A stretch of 20,875 bases of DNA from Octopus sinensis (taxonomy: Eukaryota): the NCBI RefSeq assembly GCF_006345805.1, contig NW_021823888.1, positions 1 through 20,875 on the forward strand, read 5' to 3'. The notes under the pieces are model-generated. The model saw only the letters and a program-made list of their open reading frames with translations, did not search any database and was not told the origin of the DNA. The position numbers were made by a program, and so were the translations under genes. Positions within the stretch are counted from its first letter, which is position 1, and each line of letters opens with the position of its first letter. This document shows positions 1 to 10,456 of this stretch, piece after piece.

Positions 1-503
1 TGTGTTTAGAGCCCCTTGTGGGTAATAAAGAAATAAGTAGGTGGTTTGGGGTAAGACACACACGAAAGTGCACACACACAAAGTGAATCGACCAGTTTAT
101 AGTAACGGTAGAAGTATGCAAATAAAGCTCCTATTTCATTATGCCGGTTACCGTCTACTAATACTGAGTAGTAAGACAGTTTTTCGGGGTTGCATCATGG
201 TTATACCGATATAATGTAGGACAAATACAACAATAACAATAATTCTAGGATGGAATTAATGAATACTTAATACGTTCCTTCGTGCGTTTCCACAAATCAC
301 ACGACTTTTAACTTCAGAGTGCGTATCCTTGGGATGAGTGCAGTATAGTTCGTATTATCCCTGGGCATCCGGTTCATCATCATCATTGATTCAGTTCATC
401 AGGTGATAATGCATTAGTGGATGAATCACAGGGGGATATTTATCCCTTCTTGCTAGTATGAAGGCCAATCTATTTATTTTGTTATTATGTGCGTGTGTGT
501 GTG

Positions 504-505
<2 letters not shown>

Positions 506-543
<38 letters not shown>

Positions 544-648
544 TATATTATAATATATATATATATACATTACATACATATGTGTAAATATACATACATA
601 TATATATTATACATATAGTATAGATATATATACATATAATATATATAT

Positions 649-679
<31 letters not shown>

Positions 680-803
680 TACATATATATATGTATATGT
701 ATATATGTGTGTGTGCGTGCGTATATATATATATATATATCTATATATACATATATGTGTGTGTGTGTCTATATGCACTATATATATATACATATAGATG
801 TAC

Positions 804-835
<32 letters not shown>

Positions 836-1001
836 GTATATGTATATATGTGTGTTTGTATATAGATATTGTGCACTTTACAAAATATTACTTTTATTCC
901 AGTTATATATCTACACATACACACACAGTGTGTGTATGCGTATGTGTGTGTGTATGTGTGCGCGCACGTGTGAGTGTGTGAGCATGTGTGTATGCATATA
1001 A
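506..1001. repeat. Compound (TA)n/(TAGA)n/(TG)n microsatellite tract
   Basis: Runs are directly visible and explain the YI/CV-rich ORFs here. Confidence 0.95.
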
Positions 1002-1427
1002 CTAATTTAGTATAACAGCTTAATAGAAAAGAAAAAACAGGATGCGATTACGTAATGGATAAGTAAACGTAGCCCACGAAATTGTCCAATAGGAAACAAG
1101 ATTCATGAAAAGAAAGATAAGAAATACACAGAAGAGGAGCTGAAAAGCGATATTCAGATAACGAACAAGTAGGACGGCGGCCATTGAAATATATAAAAAA
1201 AACATGAAAGACCCAACGAGTTGGCGAATGAAACTATAAAAACGATCTTATAAAATAACATTTGAAACCAATCAATGAAAACGATAGACATAGATACACG
1301 AATGAAGCGACTCTTGTGTGTATGAAACTAACCTAAACACCGAAAAAAAATAACGGTTCTTGCTTGAAGATTGCAGAGATTGAACTGTTTTGACGTATAT
1401 GTATACAAGTGTTTGTATGTGTGGGGG

Positions 1428-1468
1428 TATATATATATATATATAGTATATTATATATATATATATAG

Positions 1469-1506
<38 letters not shown>

Positions 1507-1850
1507 TGTTATGGTGTTATGTGTGTGTGTGTGTGTGTATGTGTGTGTGTGTGTGTGTGTATACACACGAATCTATACATATTTCCACGAACAATCCACA
1601 CTCATGCATACATTTCAATGTATATATTTATGCTATATATATATATACACCATATATTGGTGTATGTATATATATATATATATATATATATAATGTGTGT
1701 GTGTGTGTGTGTGTATGTGTGTGTGTGTGTGTATGTGTGTGTGTGTATGTATATATGTATGTATGTACATGTATGTACATATATACATATATATGTGTGT
1801 GTGTGTGTTTGTGCACGTATGTGTATATGTATGTATGTATGTATAAATAT
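1428..1850. repeat. Compound (TA)n/(TG)n/(TATG)n microsatellite tract
   Basis: Directly visible. Confidence 0.95.
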
Positions 1851-2194
1851 GACAAATGAGTGTATATATCACGGAAAATCAATACACTAGAGATTTACTA
1901 CATACGTTAAGACTCACTCAGTTTCAAATATCAATTTTTTTACAGAATATATAGATTAATTAATCCAATTAATATTGTATTAATCTCAACATCCTTGTGA
2001 ATGTTTGTGTACGTTTGTATGCGTAAGAGGGTGTATTTCTATGCATATGTATGTAGAATCAGACATAACATCTCTCGCTTCATTCTCTTCATCGCATTCT
2101 TATTCTCTTTTTCTCTCTGAGGTTCTGAGGTTTACGCCTCATAGTCTCTCCACATATATAACCACAATCCCTCTCACTCTCTTTCCTTCAATAT

Positions 2195-2312
2195 TTCTAT
2201 CTATCTGTCTGTCTATCTATCCATCTATCTATCTGACTATCTATCTGTCTATCTATCTGTCAGTCTGTCTTTTCATCTGTCTATGTCTGTCTGCCTATCA
2301 ATCTATCTATCT
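2195..2312. repeat. Degenerate (TATC/TGTC)n microsatellite
   Basis: Directly visible. Confidence 0.9.
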
Positions 2313-2791
2313 AGCGAACGTTTTAAAAAAAGATGGGTGAATGTAGCAAGGATGGCACGTATGAATGACGAAGCCACCTTGAGCATAATCCTATGAACCC
2401 AGAAATTGAAAACAGAGGGTTACCCACTTGCAAACAAATGTGGTAACATTTAACAATATTAACCAAGGTTACCGTGGTCTTTTTCGTAGGCTTTTCTTCC
2501 CACGGATAAACCTTACTTGCTTTCCCCTTTACACCATACATCATGACACTGTGATACACGATCCCCATTGATCGTTTTTTTCCTCTCCCCCTTTTTTCCT
2601 CTTTTTTCTTCTTTTTTCATTTTTCTTTTTCTTTTTTCCCTTCTTTTTTCCTTTCCTTTTTTCTTTTTTTTCCCTTTTACGATCCCTTTTGATCGAAAAC
2701 CTACGCCACCTTTTTTTTCTCCCCCAAAAGAAAAGCTCTACCTTGTAACTTGTCCCATCTGTGTGCAGCCCTGTGTGGCCAATAAAGAAAC

Positions 2792-2955
2792 TTATCTGTC
2801 TGTCTGTCGATCTATCTATCTATCTTATCTATCTATCTATCTATCTATCTACTACTATCTATCTACTATCTATTATCTATCAATCTACCTATCTATCTAT
2901 CTATTATCTATCTATTACTATTATCTATCTATCTATCTATCATCTTATCTATCTC

Positions 2956-2989
<34 letters not shown>

Positions 2990-3090
2990 GTCTCTCTATC
3001 TATATGTTTTTATATCTCTGTATCTATCTGTTTATCTGTCTATCTATCTATCTGTCTATTTATCTGTCTACCTGTCTGTTTGTCTGTCAG

Positions 3091-3145
<55 letters not shown>

Positions 3146-3147
3146 CT
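2792..3147. repeat. Long (TATC)n microsatellite, preceded by a pyrimidine tract at 2575-2680
   Basis: Directly visible; source of the 'SIYL' ORFs. Confidence 0.95.
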
Positions 3148-3269
3148 CATATACACACACACACAAACACACATAGCAGAATTCATTGCATCACTGCAAC
3201 CGATGTACTGAGTGCTTCAGTACGGACTAGTATGCCTGTTATTCGAAATAGACTATACCGTTAAGCATT

Positions 3270-3434
3270 TCGTAAGCACACTGGACGAAAGGCTTAGCAG
3301 TATATCGTCTGTTGATACATTCTGAGTTCAAATTCCGCCGAGGGCCTACTTTGACTTTCTTCAACACTGGGGTCGATGTAATCGACTAACCCCTTACTTC
3401 CAAATTTAAGGTCTTCTGCCTATAATAGAAAAGA

Positions 3435-3492
<58 letters not shown>
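3270..3492 (+). mobile_element. SINE family A, internally deleted copy with (ATT)n tail
   Basis: TTCTGAGTTCAAATTCCGCCGAGG (B-box-like) ... CTGGGGTCGATGTAATCGACT is shared with copies at 11212-11424, 12828-13010 and 18628-18846. (ATT)n runs 3437-3492. Confidence 0.8.
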
Positions 3493-3495
<3 letters not shown>

Positions 3496-3524
3496 CAAAC
3501 TTCTGTACATATATTAATACATAT

Positions 3525-3642
3525 TATACACACACACATACACACAGATTATATATAGGTGTTGTGTGTGTATTATATATTATATATATAATATATATAT
3601 AAATGTACATATATAAATATACATATATATTATATAATATGT

Positions 3643-3685
<43 letters not shown>

Positions 3686-3718
3686 TAATGTACATATAAT
3701 ATTACAATATATATATAC

Positions 3719-3776
<58 letters not shown>

Positions 3777-3900
3777 CATACATATACATATATATATGTG
3801 TATATGTATGAATGTATATATATAATATAGTATATCTATATATATATATATATATTATTAAATTGATGGGTATATGTATGTATGTATGTATGTATGTAGT
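3525..3900. repeat. (TA)n-rich/(TATG)n microsatellite tract
   Basis: Directly visible. Confidence 0.95.
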
Positions 3901-4153
3901 ATTATGTTGTTTGTTTGTTTGTATCATTGCTATTATGTAAATGTATTAAGAAAACGAAAAAAATAGTTTTACCATTCTATAGAAGACCGTTGTACTACAG
4001 TCTGACAATTTTTGATATCTTGGAATCTGAAGCAGCTGGCTGGGGATACAAGTTCGACCGAAAGAACTGGCTTTTACAAGCAAAAATAAATATTGAAAAA
4101 AAAACGCACATGGGCAAATTTGGACATACGACAGTTTAACATATAGCAATGAA

Positions 4154-4154
<1 letters not shown>

Positions 4155-4198
<44 letters not shown>

Positions 4199-4323
4199 AT
4201 ATATATATAATATATATTATATATAGTAAAGATTATTTGTCAACAGAATGTAGCGGTTCTATAAAGGCGATTCAAAACAAGTTGCTTTGATGTATATAAA
4301 TATATATACATATGCATGTATAA

Positions 4324-4356
<33 letters not shown>

Positions 4357-4357
4357 T

Positions 4358-4427
<70 letters not shown>
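4155..4427. repeat. (TA)n tracts and a pure (TAGA)n array (4358-4427)
   Basis: Directly visible. Confidence 0.95.
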
Positions 4428-4718
4428 TACATGCGCACATTTGAGAGCATACAGTTACCCGCGTGTGACATCACATCATCGAATATAATTATATCATTGT
4501 AATTATACCATAATAATTGCAATCATACAGAAGGAAGATTCATATTGTCAGAGACGTTATTTATATAAAAGATATTGGTGTATCACAACCAATATGGTCG
4601 TGGTCTAATACAGGGAGGTGTAACAGGTTGACGCCGTAGTAGGATGCTGAGAGGGGTTGCTATGTAAGAGAAATAAAGCTGATCTAAGAGGAAAGAACGA
4701 ACAGGTAGAAGGAGGAGG

Positions 4719-5134
4719 GGATCTTTTCGGTTTGAACGGCAGTTTTAACATAATTTCTAGGTAACTAAAAAATTTTAAACTTCGTATACAGGTAGAATGT
4801 GTTTATAAAACATCTTTTTCTCTTGGCTTTATTGAGAAAATTCTATAGTTTGTAAGATATTTGTTGTTTTTTTTCTTCAATTTCTGCAATTTCAACCAAT
4901 CAATGACATCTATTGAGGTGAACACATTCTGTGCCGTATGAATATGTCCCTCGTTTAATAAACAGATTGGGTTTATTTACATTTGGGAAAAAAGATACCC
5001 TTCCCCCACCCCTAACCCTAACCCTAACCCTAAAAGAGATTGAAATGCAATAGATCGATACTAGGGTCATAATTATGGGTGACAATTTCATATGACACCG
5101 CTAGGAAAAACTGCCGTTCAAACCGAAAAGATCC
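4719..5134. mobile_element. Non-autonomous DNA transposon (MITE), 416 bp, 28-bp TIRs, 8-bp TSD
   Basis: TIR GGATCTTTTCGGTTTGAACGGCAGTTTT (4719-4746) has a perfect reverse complement at 5107-5134. GGAGGAGG flanks both sides (4711-4718, 5135-5142). GG termini with an 8-bp TSD suggest Merlin-like (inference). Confidence 0.92.
5010..5033 (-). repeat. Interstitial telomere-type repeat (TTAGGG)4 inside the MITE
   Basis: (CCCTAA)4 on the + strand. Confidence 0.9.
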
Positions 5135-5538
5135 GGAGGAGGTGATACTTTGGGGAGGAGTTTTGCGGTTTATCGATGGGGAAAACAAGGGTTTTCTTTT
5201 CATCGCTCAATTCTACCATCTTTTACTCTTAGCCTTTGGTTTCCCATGAAGAGACTGCTAAACCCTAACGCCAAGTATCACCTCTTCATTCTTTCGTCCT
5301 AGTTCAGCTTTACTTCACTTAGCATAGCACCCACTCTCATCACCCTACTACGGTGTCACCCTGTTACGTCTTATTGTGTATCTGATATGTATCATGTATT
5401 TTATGTATGAATATGTATTTATTATTCTTATTTATATGAATTGTTAATTATGATCATATGGATCGGCAGATTATAGCTAGTTGAAAACATTGTGATGTAA
5501 ACACACGCATGTAGTTTGATTTTACTAGTAAACTGTGC

Positions 5539-5590
5539 AATGTTGCCTGATGAAATGTTGTTTCGACATGATATAAATGTATGTAACATT
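5539..5590 (+). ncRNA. Degenerate type I hammerhead-like motif
   Basis: AATGTTGC-CTGATGA-A-ATGTTG-ttt-CGACAT-GATA-taaatgtat-GTAACATT. Stem I (8 bp) and stem II (6 bp) form, but GAAA reads GATA and stem III is broken. AATAAA follows at 5602. Confidence 0.4.
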
Positions 5591-5915
5591 ATGCATTGTT
5601 GAATAAATTATCATTCTAGGAAACACGCGTGACAAAAATTGAAGCTGTTCTTCTTCTTCTTTTGCGACATGTATGTGTATATGCAGCTATATATCAATGT
5701 ATGTATGTATCTATGTATGTATGTATCTATGTATGTATGTATATATGTATGTGTGTATATATGTATATATGGATGAATGAATTATCCTTTGTTTACCGTT
5801 AACATGGAAAATTCAATAAACAGTTACCAGGGTAGCAAAATTCACGCAAGTAACACGGATGAAGCGACCTATTCAAAAGTAGAAACTCCGGGTTAATGTG
5901 TAGTAATTTGTGTAG

Positions 5916-6021
5916 TATAAGTAAATAAATGGAGTTGAACGCAGATGTTGTCTTCGAAACATATGTCGAAAGTAAAAGAATTTTAATAACATCTGCGTTC
6001 AACTCCATTTATTTACTTATA
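5916..6021. repeat. Perfect 34-bp inverted repeat with 38-nt spacer (hairpin or tiny MITE, TA at both ends)
   Basis: TATAAGTAAATAAATGGAGTTGAACGCAGATGTT (5916-5949) is the exact reverse complement of 5988-6021. Confidence 0.95.
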
Positions 6022-6121
6022 TATATATATCACATTTGTTTCTGTTGTTTTATATATAAATGTGTTTTTTTTTCATGTGTGTATATGTGTGATCCGTCCT
6101 TCTGTCTATACCAGATAACTT

Positions 6122-6145
6122 TTACTGATTTCTTTGTTTCAGAAG
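6122..6145 (+). other. 3' splice site of the Hmx homeobox exon
   Basis: Branch-point-like TACTGAT (6123-6129), pyrimidine tract TTCTTTGTTT, then CAG (6140-6142) followed by AAG. GC content and coding character start here. Phase-1 intron. Confidence 0.75.
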
Positions 6146-6816
6146 GCCCGTCCGCTGTCAGTCCTGGTATGCCACCTAGTCCTTTGGACCCCAGCCACCC
6201 TCATCTACCTCTGCCTGAAAAACTCTCGCCGCCAGATTGCAGTCGACTCTCGCCAACGGTGGACGAAGCGTCACCAGATGTATCAGACTCACCCAAATCG
6301 TCACCGATCGATCGGGATTTGGTGGGTGACGGTACAGCCGATGGCGATAGACACAAAGATGACAAATCTAACAGCAACCCAAACAGTTGCGATGACGATC
6401 GAAAAAACAGACGGAAGAAGAAAACGAGAACCGTGTTTTCACGCAGTCAGGTCTATCAGTTGGAATCAACGTTTGATGTGAAACGGTATCTGTCGAGCTC
6501 AGAAAGGGCTGGTCTGGCCGCTTCGCTACGGCTGACGGAAACCCAGGTGAAGATATGGTTTCAAAACCGCAGAAACAAATGGAAGCGGCAATTAGCTGCG
6601 GAGCTAGAAGCCGCAAATATAGCTCATGCGGCACACCGAATGGTGCGTGTCCCTGTTCTTTATCACGATGGTGGTGCTGTCACTGTGTCTACGGGACCAG
6701 AATCTTCCAATTCCTACAGTAGCTCTTTGGCGTCATTAAGAGATCCTCGTTGCATCACACATAGCTACACACCTGTATCGCCTTCACTGCGACAGTCGTT
6801 ATCAGGAATGGTATAA
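6143..6816 (+). CDS. Hmx: Terminal coding exon of an NK5/Hmx (H6-family) homeobox transcription factor; 5' partial
   Basis: Homeodomain at 6415-6594 ([60 protein letters not shown]) is followed by the Hmx-diagnostic AAELEAAN and VRVPVLYH motifs. Stop TAA at 6814-6816. The ORF part 5929-6142 is intronic read-through. Confidence 0.96.
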
Positions 6817-7241
6817 CGAATCTATCCCACAGACTATTTCATACATACAGTCTTATACACACTCACACACACATGTGCATATATTCAATATATATATAAA
6901 TATATATACATATATACACACCTAAATTTTACAAAACTGAATAACAAAAGATTTTATATATAACATATATATGAACGATATATATCTATTATACTGTATG
7001 TATATAGATATAGTCATATTATTAGTATATATAATATAGTGTATGTATATGTACATATATAAAAAATATATATACATATATGAAACATATTTATAATATA
7101 TTACATATATACATATACAATATATATATATGCATATATATGCAAATGCACATACATATACAGACTCATATATATATATACATTCTATACGTTCATGCAA
7201 TGAAGCAACTGTGCAAAAAGTATCAAAGAAAAAAAAACAGC

Positions 7242-7350
7242 AATGTAAAAAGAAGGCGTGGTTGTAAAAGTTTTGTCATTAATATTAATGTGGAAATTAA
7301 TATTAATGTAAAAAAAAGGTGTGGTTATAAAGTTTTTGTCATAAATAATA
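7242..7350 (+). repeat. Imperfect tandem duplication (period 63) with a third, inverted copy at 8210-8263
   Basis: AATGTAAAAAGAAGGCGTGGTTGTAAAAGTTTTGTCATTAAT (7242) vs AATGTAAAAAAAAGGTGTGGTTATAAAGTTTTTGTCATAAAT (7305). Confidence 0.75.
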
Positions 7351-7870
7351 CGAAATGGTGATGGTATGAAAAAATGATTATGGAAAAAAGACGATACTGA
7401 TATCAGTATTTCACAAGCTGATTACAATATCAGCAAAGACGGTAAACAATGATTAATATCAGTTATAATAATAATAATATAATAATAATAATATTAATAA
7501 TGGTAAGCTGAAAAAGAATATCAGTTTTTATCGGACTAGGAGCAAAAATGCTCCAATATTTTAAAAAGAACGGATTTATGAACAGTGAATGGCGTAAATC
7601 AAGCCCCAACCTAACCTTTTCCCCCTCGGGACAATTCTGTCAATTATTTGTTCCATTTATACGTTTTATTTCTTGCCGCATCGAACGATAGCAGCAAAAT
7701 AGAAAGAAAAAAAAACATTTATTTATTAAGGCGGCAGGATTTGAAAAAACAGGAATCTGAGGCACCAAACTCCGAGAATGAGTTTGAATGAAAAGGAATT
7801 ACATATTTTAAAAAAAGTGCTAATAATATATGAGAAAAAAATTCAACACTCTACTGTTTGTGCCAGCACG

Positions 7871-7904
<34 letters not shown>

Positions 7905-9220
7905 TAAAGCTTGTAAGAAGTCGTTTATAATATTGACATTAATAATGATAATTATGAAAAAAGACTAACGCTAATAATGACTGATAATTTCTTATGAAAT
8001 TACAAGCACCCCTTTATCAGAGTTGGAAGGGGAAATTGGTGTAGGCCCAGATGAATTGGCACCGCTTTATTGCTGATGGTTTTATTTATAGACATTAAAA
8101 GGCGGATTATACCAGCAAATTTGAAAATAGAAAGAAAAACTTTGCCTGCCTTGGAAAGATATATGACATTCTAAAGTGTTTTTAGTGAGGGTCACGTAAG
8201 ACCTGGCTATTTACAACACCTCTTTTTTACATGCCAATGTTTCATATCAATGTTAATGACAAATAAAGAACAATTAACCACTGTATATAGAAAATAGTGC
8301 AACAAAGATAGTGCAACAACAACAATAATAATAATGATATTAAAATTAATTATAATAATAATAATAATAATTTCAATTATTGTTATCATAATAAATGGAC
8401 TTTTAAGAAATGACTTTTTAAAACTAAACATACCGACAGAAAGCGTATTTAAATGGACTCAAACTAATTCAAATGAAAACAGAAAGAAGCGCGCACGTAT
8501 ATATATATATATGTATATATATAGCACAAATTATATGTATATTCATATTTTACATATTTATATATATAAATATGTATGTATATATAAATATTTATATAAT
8601 ATACAATATATATATATATATATGTGTGTATTGTATTGTATGTATGTATATATATATATTGTATGTATGTATGTTCATGCGTGGTTTAGAATTGAAATTT
8701 TTTTTACTACCTTCTCTCTGTTCTTTGAAACGGTAAATTTTTGAAAAGTTTTTGGAAAGGAAACAAAACAAATAAATAAATAAATACAAATATAAATAAG
8801 CATCTAAAAAGGAAAAAAGTCGAAAGTGAGAGGAAATTGATAAAGAATTTGAAATAATTCTAACAATTTGACTGAACAAAAACAAACAAAAAGAACAATA
8901 ATAAATATAATAAAAAAGAATATGATAAAAAAAAACTATAAAATAAATAACAATAAAACTACATTTCTAAATCTAAAATACTAAAGGTTTTTCTATTTTT
9001 GTACAAAATTCTCTTAAAGGCTTTTATTGAAATTCTTTATTTCAGGAGAGATTTTATTGTGTTTTTGTTTGATGGTTTTTTGTGTACTTTTATTTGCTTT
9101 ATTTTTTCACTGTTTTGATATTCATGTAAAAGATTTCTAATTTCTTTTGTTCCTTGTACCGTTTGTGAAACGAAATGTATATACATACACAATCGATATG
9201 TACGTCCATGCATACATACA

Positions 9221-9380
9221 TTATAAATACGATATGTAAGTGGAAGAGTAAAAATATGCAAGACATTTCTCAAATTCAATATGTGAATTCGCTTTTGTTT
9301 TCTACATTCCAAAGATGGAGCTTTGTGTCTGTTAGAAGCCTAAGAGGGAGATTTCAGATAATTTAAAGTAGAAGAAAACA
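9221..9380 (+). mobile_element. 3' end fragment A of an RLE-type (R4/Dong-like) non-LTR retrotransposon
   Basis: Reads L*IRYVSGRVKICKTFLKFNM*, and its 3'UTR resembles 10625-10730. Preceded by CATACATACA. Confidence 0.7.
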
Positions 9381-9411
9381 AAAATGCATGCTGTATGTCC
9401 TCGAAAAGCAT

Positions 9412-9710
9412 AAAGAAAAGGGATAACTATGGACAACAACTTCGAACCCTTCACTTCATATGACCAGATTATAAATTCACATTTATACCGGCAATTATCG
9501 GTACATTTGATTTTGTAAGTGAATTTTTAAATGACAATCTGGATAAGCTAGTGATTCCAGAAAAAAAATCAATCAGCTAATTTGCTCATTACATATACAT
9601 TTTTTTAGTAGAATTGTAAAAATCTGCAAGAAGTGTTTCAAATTTAAAAAATGAATTGATGGGGACCCGGCTCCATAAATATTTGAGCAGAGCCAGTTCC
9701 ACTCTCTTGT
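9412..9710 (+). mobile_element. 3' end fragment B of an RLE-type retrotransposon (pseudogenised)
   Basis: DNYGQQLRTLHFI*PDYKFTFIPAIIGTFDFV...(frameshift)...SRIVKICKKCFKFKK* is homologous to the 10039-10254 ORF. Confidence 0.75.
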
Positions 9711-9845
9711 CCTTCAAACTTCGTCTGGTGTAACAATTACGAAGAGATCCGTAGTTTTCAGCATGCAGGATTGTATAGAGTTACCTTCTCTTAGATAAGC
9801 GACTGAAGAGCTAAGGGTTAAATCTACCCTCGTCTGCTGGAATAT
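9710..9845 (-). mobile_element. Fragment resembling the 5' region of RTE-clade elements
   Basis: Minus strand GGGTAGAT...TTATCTAAGAGAAGGTAACTCT resembles the minus strand of 11790-11850 (TCACCTAGGAGAAGGCTACTTC). The RTE assignment is from recall. Confidence 0.4.
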
Positions 9846-9848
9846 ACG

Positions 9849-9916
9849 TACATACATACATACATACATACATACATACATACATAATACATACATACAT
9901 ACATACATACATACAT
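9849..9916. repeat. (TACA)n microsatellite
   Basis: Directly visible. Confidence 0.95.
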
Positions 9917-9983
9917 AAAGGAGCCTTGATTCTAGGTTAGAAACCGGCTCTTTCTCTATTGGCAAGACATCTTGAAATAAAAC
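9917..9983 (+). mobile_element. 3'UTR-only fragment C of an RLE-type retrotransposon
   Basis: AAGGAGCCTTGATTCTAGGTTAGAAACCGGCTCTTTCTCTATTGGCAAGACATCTTGAAATAAAAC closely matches 10376-10441. Confidence 0.8.
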
Positions 9984-9991
9984 GGACATAC

Positions 9992-10451
9992 AAAAATCTG
10001 AAAATCACACTGACAAAGAGAATACCTACGCGGAACTATTGAGAAATCTGCAATTACTCTGTCAAGATTACAAATTCATGTTTATACCTGTAATTATTGG
10101 GACACTGGAATATGTAACACACTTCCTAAATACCAGTCTTGAGAAATTAGGTTTCTCAAAACCAGAAACGAGAAAGCTGAATCGAAGACCACAGATCCAA
10201 GCCATCTGTGGAACTGTAAAATTCGGTAAAAATTTCCAGAAGTTTATCATTTAGATATGAGTATATCTAGATATGCAAATATATGCATGAGAAGACGTGC
10301 ATAAAACAAAACATACAAATCTGCACGTATACATACATACAAAAATAACCTGTTGTTGATGTTGAAATTCCAATGAAGGTGCCTTTGATCTAGGTTAGAA
10401 ACTGGCTCTTTTTCTATTGGCAAGAAATCTTGAAATAAAACTGAATAATGA
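9992..10451 (+). mobile_element. 3' end fragment D of an RLE-type (R4/Dong-like) retrotransposon
   Basis: DKENTYAELLRNLQLLCQDYKFMFIPVIIGTLEYV...LEKLG...QIQAICGTVK fits the K..Y..L / P(V/I)(V/I)IG.LG / GT..I C-terminal tail of restriction-like endonuclease ORFs. Stop at 10252-10254, then 3'UTR. Confidence 0.82.
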
Positions 10452-10456
10452 CATAA

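Larger units (their letters stand above)
4619..5368. mobile_element. Old foldback (imperfect palindromic) element, interrupted by a MITE
   Basis: 4620 GTAACAGGTTGACGCCGTAGTAGGATGCTGAGAGGGGTTGCTATG... matches the reverse complement of 5271-5367 (GTAACAGGGTGACACCGTAGTAGGGTGATGAGAGTGGGTGCTATG...). Complementarity resumes after the MITE (GAGGTGATACTT at 5139 vs AAGTATCACCTC at 5273). Confidence 0.75.

Noticed and set aside
285-410. CTGATGA on the minus strand near 396-402
   Set aside because: No stem II or properly placed GAAA/NUH, so not a hammerhead.
1085-1200. CCAAT, GCGGCCATT and TATATAAA as a possible promoter
   Set aside because: Short motifs expected by chance in AT-rich DNA, with no downstream exon.
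391-4522. Many ORFs rich in YI, CV, HT or SIYL
   Set aside because: They are translations of stop-free microsatellites with no protein motif.
5929-6142. N-terminal 71 aa of the 295-aa ORF
   Set aside because: It runs through a hairpin and TA/T-rich tracts upstream of a clear acceptor, and the same MELNADV peptide appears on the opposite strand because of the inverted repeat.
6134-6634. Overlapping alternate-frame and antisense ORFs
   Set aside because: Shadows of the GC-richer Hmx exon.
8770-9130. AATAAA motifs and a T-rich tract as the Hmx poly(A) site
   Set aside because: Plausible, but there are too many candidates to choose one without transcripts.
9803-9835. CTGAAGA core, also on the minus strand near 10688
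   Set aside because: No GAAA after a stem II; the latter is explained by the LINE 3'UTR hairpin.
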